42,082 nt of DNA, taken from positions 1-42,082 of IMG/VR virus record IMGVR_UViG_3300046061_000043; one strand, given 5' to 3'. This document shows positions 29,099 to 36,247 of the stretch, in pieces. Source of the stretch: a virus. Taxonomy: Duplodnaviria; Caudoviricetes. A program made the translations under genes and the position numbers. The notes below the pieces were generated by a model. It was not told the DNA's origin. It saw only the letters and a list, made by a program, of their open reading frames with translations, and made no database searches. Within the stretch, counting starts at the first letter, position 1, and every line of letters starts with the position of its first letter.

Positions 29099-30493
29099 CT
29101 ATTGAGACTGGAAGATGCGCTGCCGGAGCGAGTCCGGGACAATTTGGGTGGCCAGCTGTTGGGCCTGCGCCGGCGTCACTGTGCCGTCCTGACGCATTTG
29201 GAGCAGCGTGTCGAGGGCCGCGGCCCGGCCGCGCTCTTGGAGCGTCGTGTTGAGGCGATTTACGACATCGGACGTGTCGCGCCGTGTGTTGTCTCGTGTC
29301 GTGCTGCCTCCTCCCTGCTCGGCCTCCTCGGGGTAGCCCGGCTCGGTATCGGTGCGCGGCTGGCCGGCGGCGGACGACGTGTCGCGGCTCGTGGTGCCGG
29401 CTCGCGTGCGATCCTGTCGCGGGGCATTGGTCGAGACCGGCGGGGGCTCGTCCAGAAACGTGCGGCGGTTCTCGGTGCGGTTGCGGGGCAGGTCCTGCTC
29501 GTCAATGAGCCCGCGGCGCATCGCCTCCTGCCGGGCCAGGCTGAGCTGCTCAGCCGCCTCGTTGACGTCAGAGGGGCTTGGGATATCGGGTCCTCCCGGC
29601 AGGGCGGCCAGGTCGCGCTCCGACTGGCTGATGGTGCCGCTCTGGTCGGTGTCGAGGTGCGACGGGAAGCCGGTCTGGACGAGCGTCTTGTTTTGGCGGA
29701 TGAGGTCTTGGAGCTGCGCGGAGCTGAGGTTGCGATAGGGGTTCTCCTCGCCGTCTCCGCCGCCCGTGCCAGAGCGCTCGGCATCGGCACGGCGCTTCTC
29801 CTCTAGCGCCTCAAAGGCCTCGCCCTGGGCCCGCTCTGACTGGATGCGGGCGTCGAGGAGCTGGAGCTCCTTGCCCACCTTCTGTTTTTCTTGCGGGCTG
29901 AGCTTTCTGCCGAGCCGCTCGCGCAGCCGGACGAGGTCGCGCTTTTGCTCCTGCCGGTCCTCGCGGGCCTGGCGTTCAAACTGGCGATCAATGTCGGCCT
30001 CGGCGGCTCGCGTTTGCGCCTCGTTGATCGAGAGGCGCACCTTGCGGTTCTGCTCCCGGGCCTGCCGCAGCGTCTTGCGGAACGCCTGGCGCCGCCGCTG
30101 AAAGCCCCGCTCCAGCGACCGCACGTTCTGCTGAGCTCCTTGGGCCAGGCCGGCCCCCGGCGCGGCCGCCACCGGGTCGCCGGCAAAAGCGGCCACGAGG
30201 GACGAGAGGGCCCCCACGCCCGCGATCGTGCGCTGGAGGCGGCGCGCCTCCTGGTCGCGCTCTGGCGCCTCAAACTCAGACGTATCCGTCATGAGGTTGC
30301 GGCGCTGCTCGAGGAGGCGCCGGCGCCGGGCCCGCGGGCCATCATCGGGCGGCCCACCGCCTGACTGGGCACTCAGGGCGGTCCCCTCAAAACCCGTGGT
30401 GAGCTCCTCAGGCGGGGCCGCCGGGATGCCGTCGCCCGGCGGTTGAGTGCGCTTCTGTGGATCGTCCTGCAGGAGGGTGTCGAGTAGGGCCAT
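29099..30493 (-). CDS. Putative internal virion/ejection protein, coiled-coil
   Basis: Hydrophobic IAGVGALSSLVAAFAG segment followed by a long Q/R/E coiled coil; directly upstream of the giant protein. Confidence 0.65.
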   Translation of the reverse strand: MALLDTLLQDDPQKRTQPPGDGIPAAPPEELTTGFEGTALSAQSGGGPPDDGPRARRRRLLEQRRNLMTDTSEFEAPERDQEARRLQRTIAGVGALSSLVAAFAGDPVAAAPGAGLAQGAQQNVRSLERGFQRRRQAFRKTLRQAREQNRKVRLSINEAQTRAAEADIDRQFERQAREDRQEQKRDLVRLRERLGRKLSPQEKQKVGKELQLLDARIQSERAQGEAFEALEEKRRADAERSGTGGGDGEENPYRNLSSAQLQDLIRQNKTLVQTGFPSHLDTDQSGTISQSERDLAALPGGPDIPSPSDVNEAAEQLSLARQEAMRRGLIDEQDLPRNRTENRRTFLDEPPPVSTNAPRQDRTRAGTTSRDTSSAAGQPRTDTEPGYPEEAEQGGGSTTRDNTRRDTSDVVNRLNTTLQERGRAAALDTLLQMRQDGTVTPAQAQQLATQIVPDSLRQRIFQSQ

Positions 30494-30547
30494 GAGGCTG
30501 AGCTGTCGCTTTGGGCGTGCTGGTCGAGAGACGTGGGTCGGGCAGAG

Positions 30548-31171
30548 CTATCCGCCGCTGGCGCCGCCCCCAGCCCCACCGCTGCCGGCAGCCAGGGCGG
30601 CCGACTGGAAGGCGCCGCTCAGGAGCTGGCTGAGCTGGCGCTGCTCGCGCGCCTCGCGGCGCTTTTTGCGGCCCGTGATGTCGGCCGCGAGTCCCTCGCT
30701 CCGGAGCAGGGCCGAGCGGAGGTTCTGCCGTCGGCGCTGGAGGGAGGATTCGGCCTCACCCAGCAGCCGGCGCGTCTGCTTCCCCAGCGTCTCTGCGCGC
30801 CTCGATTGCTGGGCCACCTCAAACTGCGAGCCCTCCAGGCCGCGGGCCGCGGCGGCCGCCTCGTCGCGCTGGCGCTGCTTAGAGAGGAGGTCCGACAAGG
30901 CCCCGCGGCCGGCCTTGTAGCGAGCCGACTCGGTCGGGGAGGTCTGCTGCGCCTCTTGGAGGCGCGACTCGAAGAGGCTGGCCAGGCGGCGCCCCCGGTT
31001 CGGGCCCTCGTTGTCGTCGTCCCCCCCAAAGATAAAGGCGCCGGCCCGAGCGAGCGAGCCGGCAGCCGCGGCGCCGGCGAGGATGGTCGAGACGGCGACA
31101 GCGACCGGGAGCGCCAGGCCCAGCAGCAGGGCCCAGACGGCCCACGGCGACAAGACAGAAGCACAAATCAT
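30548..31171 (-). CDS. Putative pilot/ejection protein with an N-terminal membrane segment
   Basis: Long hydrophobic N-terminus, A/Q/R coiled coil, Gly/Ala-rich tail; AT-rich context before ATG 31171. Confidence 0.6.
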   Translation of the reverse strand: MICASVLSPWAVWALLLGLALPVAVAVSTILAGAAAAGSLARAGAFIFGGDDDNEGPNRGRRLASLFESRLQEAQQTSPTESARYKAGRGALSDLLSKQRQRDEAAAAARGLEGSQFEVAQQSRRAETLGKQTRRLLGEAESSLQRRRQNLRSALLRSEGLAADITGRKKRREAREQRQLSQLLSGAFQSAALAAGSGGAGGGASGG

Positions 31172-31353
31172 AAATTTGAGGTAGGTATACGATAACCAAT
31201 CGGACGCGCGCGGGGGAGAGCGACGACCCCTCGCTGCCAATGTATCTCCCTGGCGCGGCCAAATGCAAGACGGCCCCCTCCAGGCCGAGACGCCTCTTGC
31301 TACCGACCTCTCACCCGTTTTGTGAAGAAAAGATGTATCTTATTCCCTCCGGA

Positions 31354-31374
31354 ACGTGACCAGTTCGGTCACGT
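31354..31374. promoter_or_regulatory. Palindromic operator candidate in the divergent intergenic region
   Basis: ACGTGACC-AGTTC-GGTCACGT, perfect 8-bp arms, next to an AT-rich tract at 31318-31345. Confidence 0.55.
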
Positions 31375-31449
31375 GTAACGGGGCGCAGAATCGGGAGGGG
31401 CACCGGCGAAAGCCACTCACTGACTCCTCATCACAGACTACTCAGACTC

Positions 31450-32157
31450 ATGCAGATCACAGCAGGCGCTAAGGTAAAGCTCACCCGCGACATCACTCGT
31501 CAGCACCCAGACGATCCGAACCCCGCGCCCGGGTCGATTTTTCAGAAGGTCGGAGAGGAGACGTTTGTCGGTCGGGTCACGCACGCTTCAGAGCACGGCA
31601 TTTTCGTGAAGGAGCTGGATGGCAACCGCCGCCAGAGCACGAAAGCCGAAGACGTCGAGGTATTGAAGCCGTCTCCACATGACCTCACGGATTTCACGAT
31701 TGAGGTGGACGGGAGAGGCTACGACTTCCGGTATTACCACACGACCAGTGGGCGGCGCTACTATGAGTGCCGTGAGAGCGGAAACGCCGTGCGTGGCGCA
31801 TTTGAGGGCACCTACGATGGCATTATAGAAGCGAAGCTGGACGGCGATTCGGTGTCCATCACCTACCGCGTTAGTCCAGATCCTCTACGCAAGGTCGATG
31901 GTGGCATGTACGCGGAGACGGAGCGAGAAGCCCACGAGCGCCACCTCGCGCACATGAAAGAGGTCGCGCGCGTCCTCTCCGAGAAGCTGGAAGAGATTGG
32001 CCTCAGCGTCGACTCGGTGGAGGACATCACACCTGAGCTATCACTCACCCATTGGAATGGGGACGCGGGGCCTCCCTGCGGGGCGGACGAGGCTCCTATA
32101 GTCGTAAGCGACCCTGATCGCGTCGAGTGCCCCGAATGCCAAGAACACCTTTCATAG
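31450..32157 (+). CDS. Hypothetical protein; SH3-like N-terminus, C-terminal His/Cys zinc-finger-like motif
   Basis: THW...PCG...VECPEC at the C-terminus; acidic composition. Confidence 0.75.
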   Translation: MQITAGAKVKLTRDITRQHPDDPNPAPGSIFQKVGEETFVGRVTHASEHGIFVKELDGNRRQSTKAEDVEVLKPSPHDLTDFTIEVDGRGYDFRYYHTTSGRRYYECRESGNAVRGAFEGTYDGIIEAKLDGDSVSITYRVSPDPLRKVDGGMYAETEREAHERHLAHMKEVARVLSEKLEEIGLSVDSVEDITPELSLTHWNGDAGPPCGADEAPIVVSDPDRVECPECQEHLS

Positions 32158-32189
32158 TCGCTTTCGTCTCGCTTAGATCACATAGGCCC

Positions 32190-32519
32190 ATGGAATCACC
32201 CCCAAACAAGACCGACACAAACAACAGCGAGCATTTCTCGGGAGTTGTCGAGCTATACTCTTGGGGTGGCCGACAGTTGTTTGTCGACCGGACAAATGAG
32301 TTCGTCATCGACCACTACGACGCGAGCACTGTCCCGTTCGCGGAGGACGCGCGCCTCTGGACGATAGAATGGGGACCAGGCGACATCTCCGACGACGGGT
32401 CTTTTATGAGCCGATTTCAGTACGACGATTTTCCGTTTTCAAAAGTCGGGCATTCTGCTTTCGGCGACAGCCCGACCTTACTCGCTCGCTACGAAAATGG
32501 CGACATCACTACACAGTAG
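32190..32519 (+). CDS. Hypothetical protein
   Basis: ATG at 32190 (MESPPNK); acidic and aromatic-rich. Confidence 0.65.
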   Translation: MESPPNKTDTNNSEHFSGVVELYSWGGRQLFVDRTNEFVIDHYDASTVPFAEDARLWTIEWGPGDISDDGSFMSRFQYDDFPFSKVGHSAFGDSPTLLARYENGDITTQ

Positions 32520-32530
32520 CCACTTGATGA

Positions 32531-32583
32531 GCCCCACCTTGGACGCAGCGCCGATCGTGCCGGCGCGTGGGGCCGACTCGATT
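32531..32583 (+). ncRNA. tRNA-like intergenic module, copy 1
   Basis: GCCCCAC/GTGGGGC closing stem, TGGAC linker, GCGCCG-ATCGTGC-CGGCGC arm, CGACTCGATT tail. Confidence 0.45.
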
Positions 32584-32610
32584 CCTTTCCCTTCAATTGC
32601 GCCTAGTCCC

Positions 32611-32937
32611 ATGAAAACCATTGAAGATGATCTCACGGCATCGGCTGTTTTCAGAAGCTCCGAGACTAACTTCGTCGCGCGCACCACACGGGACGGACGA
32701 ACGGACATTCTTCTTGAGTCGGACGACTCTCTCTACCTCATCACACGTTTCAACGGCTCTCCGGATGGAGTGATGGTCGCAGAGCCTGAGGAGGCAGGCG
32801 CTGTTCTCCAAGAAATGACCAATGGAGGTGCCATCGATCCTTTGGATGCAGACAAGGAGCGTTGGGAGTGGGTCCGGGATTGCGCCGCAGAGGAAATCCC
32901 TCATAAGGAGATCTCCTTAAGGGACACTCGCTTGTGA
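32611..32937 (+). CDS. Hypothetical protein
   Basis: ATG at 32611 (MKTIEDD) after a pyrimidine-rich leader. Confidence 0.65.
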   Translation: MKTIEDDLTASAVFRSSETNFVARTTRDGRTDILLESDDSLYLITRFNGSPDGVMVAEPEEAGAVLQEMTNGGAIDPLDADKERWEWVRDCAAEEIPHKEISLRDTRL

Positions 32938-32943
32938 CCATCT

Positions 32944-33001
32944 GCCCCGCCTGGACGGGCCAGCGCGGATTCGATCTCCGCGCCGGGGCCGACTCTCGAT
33001 T
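32944..33001 (+). ncRNA. tRNA-like intergenic module, copy 2
   Basis: GCCCCG/CGGGGC closing stem, TGGAC linker, GCGCGGA-TTCGATC-TCCGCGC T-arm, CGACTCTCGATT tail. Confidence 0.5.
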
Positions 33002-33026
33002 TCTCTTTACTCAGACCCATCAGCCC

Positions 33027-33497
33027 ATGAAATACCAAGAGCATAATGGAAATGAGCACGTACCGCGAGCCGGAGGTGCCACTGGAAATCGTCGCCGGCT
33101 GATCCCTGAAACCGACACCGAGCGGGCATTGCTCGCTTCTATTCTTTCGGAGGCTGAGATGTCGTATTCAGACGAAGAGATCCGGAAGCAGCTGCACTTC
33201 GGTGGAGAACCCGCGACCGATCTGCTTCCCTCCACGCAAGATGAGATCGACGACGGATGGTACGGCTGCTCCTTCCACGTTGAGCCCGCTTTTACGCTCA
33301 ACCCAATCTCTGACAGTGAAACGGTACGAGGATACGCCTGCGTCGTAGAACACCCGCACCGCGACGAAAATCATCACCGTCGCATTGAGGTGTGGCATCA
33401 CATTCCGGAGCAGGAGGGATGTGGAGGTGTGACGGGCACCGGATCGTGGCCCGTAGCACTTATGCACGAGGGTGACGAGATTAGAGAGTCCGCGTAG
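33027..33497 (+). CDS. Hypothetical protein (His/Cys-containing)
   Basis: ATG at 33027 (MKYQEHNG). Confidence 0.65.
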   Translation: MKYQEHNGNEHVPRAGGATGNRRRLIPETDTERALLASILSEAEMSYSDEEIRKQLHFGGEPATDLLPSTQDEIDDGWYGCSFHVEPAFTLNPISDSETVRGYACVVEHPHRDENHHRRIEVWHHIPEQEGCGGVTGTGSWPVALMHEGDEIRESA

Positions 33498-33559
33498 AGT
33501 AGCACGCCCTACCCCGCAGGGTTTTCTCCTCACCAGCACTACACTACTATCATTGCGTC

Positions 33560-33928
33560 ATGCCTGACATTCAAGTTTTAACCGACGAGCCCGCGAATCG
33601 CCTCATTTACGCGATCAACATGTACGTGTCTACCGGGGACCGGATCGGCGAGGGCGTCGTTCTGAGCGAAGACGACCCGTGCACGATCGTGGTCCCGGTC
33701 GACCTGGATGACGAGCAGGATGCCTCGGATTTCGCGGCGCTGCGGTCCCGGGTTGACGACTTGGACCGGGTCTCAATCGAGAAGGAGGGTCAGGAGCAGG
33801 ATTTTACTTTTTATTTGCTCCACGCCGACGACGCTGATGAGGCTGCCGCCGATCTCGCATCCGAGCCGGGCGCGAAGGGCTGGGGCTCGCCCCGCCCGCT
33901 CGTCCAGAAGCAAATCCGCAGCCAGTAA
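33560..33928 (+). CDS. Acidic hypothetical protein
   Basis: 122-aa ORF, highly acidic. Confidence 0.7.
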   Translation: MPDIQVLTDEPANRLIYAINMYVSTGDRIGEGVVLSEDDPCTIVVPVDLDDEQDASDFAALRSRVDDLDRVSIEKEGQEQDFTFYLLHADDADEAAADLASEPGAKGWGSPRPLVQKQIRSQ

Positions 33929-33931
33929 GGA

Positions 33932-33983
33932 AAGCCCCGCCTGTCTCGACGGGCCTCTGGCCTACCGAGATGGGTCGGGGCTT
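33932..33983 (+). repeat. Long intergenic hairpin related to the tRNA-like modules
   Basis: AAGCCCCG-CCTGTCTCG...CGAGATGGGT-CGGGGCTT; starts with the same GCCCCGCCTG as 32944. Confidence 0.5.
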
Positions 33984-34016
33984 ACTGACTCCTCATCAGC
34001 ACAGCCCAATACCGCC

Positions 34017-34259
34017 ATGTCCGAGACGCGATCCGTCACGTACCGCACGCCCGACGAGTTGGCCGCCCTGGCCGAGGAGGTGCGCACCGAGAGCCACGCC
34101 ACGATCGCCGACCACCTCGGCGTCAGCCGATCGGCCGTTACGAAGGCGCTTTCCGATCCGTCGTCGCGCCGCGTGCGCCTTTTGGCGCGCATCCTTGGCC
34201 TCTACGGGTACAATGTCGACTCGGGTGGGCCCGCCTACCCGGTGTCGCCGCCGCCATGA
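34017..34259 (+). CDS. XRE/Cro-like HTH transcriptional regulator
   Basis: SHATIADHLGVSRSAVTKAL...LLARIL; ATG at 34017. Confidence 0.75.
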   Translation: MSETRSVTYRTPDELAALAEEVRTESHATIADHLGVSRSAVTKALSDPSSRRVRLLARILGLYGYNVDSGGPAYPVSPPP

Positions 34260-34297
34260 AGCAACAGCTCAGAAAGCGACAGCTCAGTCGGCGCGTG

Positions 34298-35134
34298 CTA
34301 TCGAGTCTTGAGGATCAGCCCAAACGTGAGGCGGCGGAGCCGCTTGTCTCGCCACTGCGGCGGGTGAGCCCACCCACCGCTTCCCTGGAGCCAGAGCGGG
34401 CCGAAGACATGTCGCCCGATGCGCAGCGTACCCGTGACTTCGCGGTGGCGCAGGCCCTGCACGTCGACCCCTGCGCGCCACGGGCCCCATCTATACCCTG
34501 CTGTCATCCTCACAGCGGGCCACGGCAGCGTAAGCCCCTTCCAGCGAAGCAGTGGGCCGCGAAGCACGAGACGCGCGCCGTGATGGCTAATGCGCAAGTA
34601 TGGCCGGATGCCGTCCCAGTAACCGAGGCTTGGGAAAATGGGGTCGGTCTCGTAGGAGGGCGCATGGCCGCTCCGCCCGACCCTCCACGAGCCTGGAAAA
34701 TAGTTGTGTCGCGGTTCTCGGCCCTTATGCCGCCACACGTGATGCACGCTCAGACGATCGTACTCGGCGCCGACCTCAAGGGCTCGCCACCGGATGCCGA
34801 TCGACGCACCCTGGCGGCGAGAGTAGACACGAGCAGTCTCGGCGCTGAGGAGCGCGTGCTTGATGATGGCATCGCTCGCCCCCCACCGTTTCAGCGATAG
34901 CTTTGCGCGGGCAGTAACGTGGAGGGTTTCAGCCGGCTCCCATGTCGCAGTAAGATCGGCGCGCCCACGCATGGCGTGCTGGTATCCATGGCTGGACGTG
35001 GCCCAGGCCACAATGCCACCCTCGCCCCGCACGGATACAGGCTGTCCCCGCGCGCAGTCGACCACAAGCCACGCCAGAAGCGCCGCCACGGCGATGGAGA
35101 CGCCCCAGCGGTACGCCGATCCAAAATCATTCAT
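34298..35134 (-). CDS. Secreted, basic, beta-barrel-like (outer-membrane?) protein
   Basis: Signal-like GVSIAVAALLAWLVVDCARG, then alternating beta-strands with W/Y, ending RLTFGLILKTR; start 35134 (MNDFG). Confidence 0.55.
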   Translation of the reverse strand: MNDFGSAYRWGVSIAVAALLAWLVVDCARGQPVSVRGEGGIVAWATSSHGYQHAMRGRADLTATWEPAETLHVTARAKLSLKRWGASDAIIKHALLSAETARVYSRRQGASIGIRWRALEVGAEYDRLSVHHVWRHKGREPRHNYFPGSWRVGRSGHAPSYETDPIFPSLGYWDGIRPYLRISHHGARLVLRGPLLRWKGLTLPWPAVRMTAGYRWGPWRAGVDVQGLRHREVTGTLRIGRHVFGPLWLQGSGGWAHPPQWRDKRLRRLTFGLILKTR

Positions 35135-35201
35135 CGTAGCGTATGCTGTGGTTGGTCTTGATATGCGACGTCTGGCCGCTGAGCGCCGCGAGCTGCCGAC
35201 T

Positions 35202-35585
35202 TTAGGGATGGGCCCTATCCTTGGGCACTTGGGCATCTTCGGGGAGCGTCCCGCCCAGCGCCGGTATAACGTCTTCAGGCGCTGGCACGGCCGCAAGCGT
35301 GTAGTAGCCCCGGGCCCCGTCGTGGTCGAAGAGGTCGGCCTGGCCGGAGTGGACAATGACCCACTTTGAGCCGTCCACCTGAACGGTCACGGCGTCCCCG
35401 ACGCGCACCGACCCGCCTCCGAGCGACCGCTCGTAATCCTCAAATGAGCGGACAATCCAGGGCACGAGCTCCTCGGTCAGGCGAAGACCCAGGTGGACGG
35501 CCCCACCGGGCGTGCGGAGCAAGGCGACGGTGGCGCCGTCGATCGTGTCGGCGTCGGGAACGTAGGGGACGGCGTCTTCACTCAT
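35202..35585 (-). CDS. Hypothetical protein
   Basis: 127-aa acidic ORF. Confidence 0.65.
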   Translation of the reverse strand: MSEDAVPYVPDADTIDGATVALLRTPGGAVHLGLRLTEELVPWIVRSFEDYERSLGGGSVRVGDAVTVQVDGSKWVIVHSGQADLFDHDGARGYYTLAAVPAPEDVIPALGGTLPEDAQVPKDRAHP

Positions 35586-35609
35586 GGCATTGGTTGTGTC
35601 TCTGTGGGG

Positions 35610-35945
35610 TCAGCTGGCGAGAGAGCGCGTGTTGGAGGGGTCGAGCACGACGTCCTCGAGGGTCGGGGACGTGGCGCGGCCGGCGAGCACGATGCGGCGC
35701 AGGTCGGTTGAGGGGAACGGCACGTGCTCCTCCTCGCTTCCGTAGTGGCGCTTCGCGCGGTGGCGCAGCTCGCGGGCCCACCGGTCCGCCTTATCGAAGG
35801 GCACCGAATCCAACTGCGCGTCCTCCGCGCCCTTCGGACCGGGGGCCTCCAGCGTGGCCGTCTCTTTGGTGCGGTTCAGCAGCAGGCGCCCGCCGCACCG
35901 GAGGACCGAAAACAGGCGCATGCGTACCGGGTCGGGGCTTCGCAT
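35610..35945 (-). CDS. Hypothetical protein
   Basis: 111-aa ORF with an AT-rich leader. Confidence 0.55.
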   Translation of the reverse strand: MRSPDPVRMRLFSVLRCGGRLLLNRTKETATLEAPGPKGAEDAQLDSVPFDKADRWARELRHRAKRHYGSEEEHVPFPSTDLRRIVLAGRATSPTLEDVVLDPSNTRSLAS

Positions 35946-36041
35946 AAAAGTTGTTGGTGGATGTGGCGAGAAAAGAATGAAGCGGTGGGGCGTGGGATTC
36001 CCTGGGCAATAACAGAGGCACGACTTGGGGTTGCGTGCAGG

Positions 36042-36215
36042 CTAGAGTGCCGACTTAGCGTCGATCCACATTCCGATAAGGGTAACCGCAATCACCCAAA
36101 GAAGTATATCGGTGTCTCTTTTCACCGCACCGAACACCAACAGCAGAATCAAAACAAGCTGCACAAGTTGTGACCATTCCGGCTCGAAGTTGTCGTTGCT
36201 TTGGTCAGTGCTCAT
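36042..36215 (-). CDS. 57-aa two-TM membrane protein (not in the ORF track)
   Basis: Hand translation: MSTDQSNDNFEPEWSQLVQLVLILLLVFGAVKRDTDILLWVIAVTLIGMWIDAKSAL*; fills the gap after the 36248 stop. Confidence 0.65.
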   Translation of the reverse strand: MSTDQSNDNFEPEWSQLVQLVLILLLVFGAVKRDTDILLWVIAVTLIGMWIDAKSAL

Positions 36216-36247
36216 GGTCGTAGTGGATTGGGATATAAGTGATTTGG

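Noticed and set aside
30494-30550. The TAG of the 30548 gene is in frame with the next gene, with 18 sense codons between (possible readthrough fusion)
   Set aside because: One-in-three chance, and stop-free runs are common at this GC; no recoding signal or suppressor tRNA seen
32531-33983. Intergenic repeats as a CRISPR array or integron attC sites
   Set aside because: Spacers are whole genes, copies are not identical, there are no RYYYAAC/GTTRRRY ends, and no cas or integron integrase is present
34256-34900. Plus-strand 214-aa ORF with an ATGA overlap to the XRE gene
   Set aside because: P/A/R-rich with no motif, and fully antisense to the better-patterned barrel-like ORF; not strictly excluded
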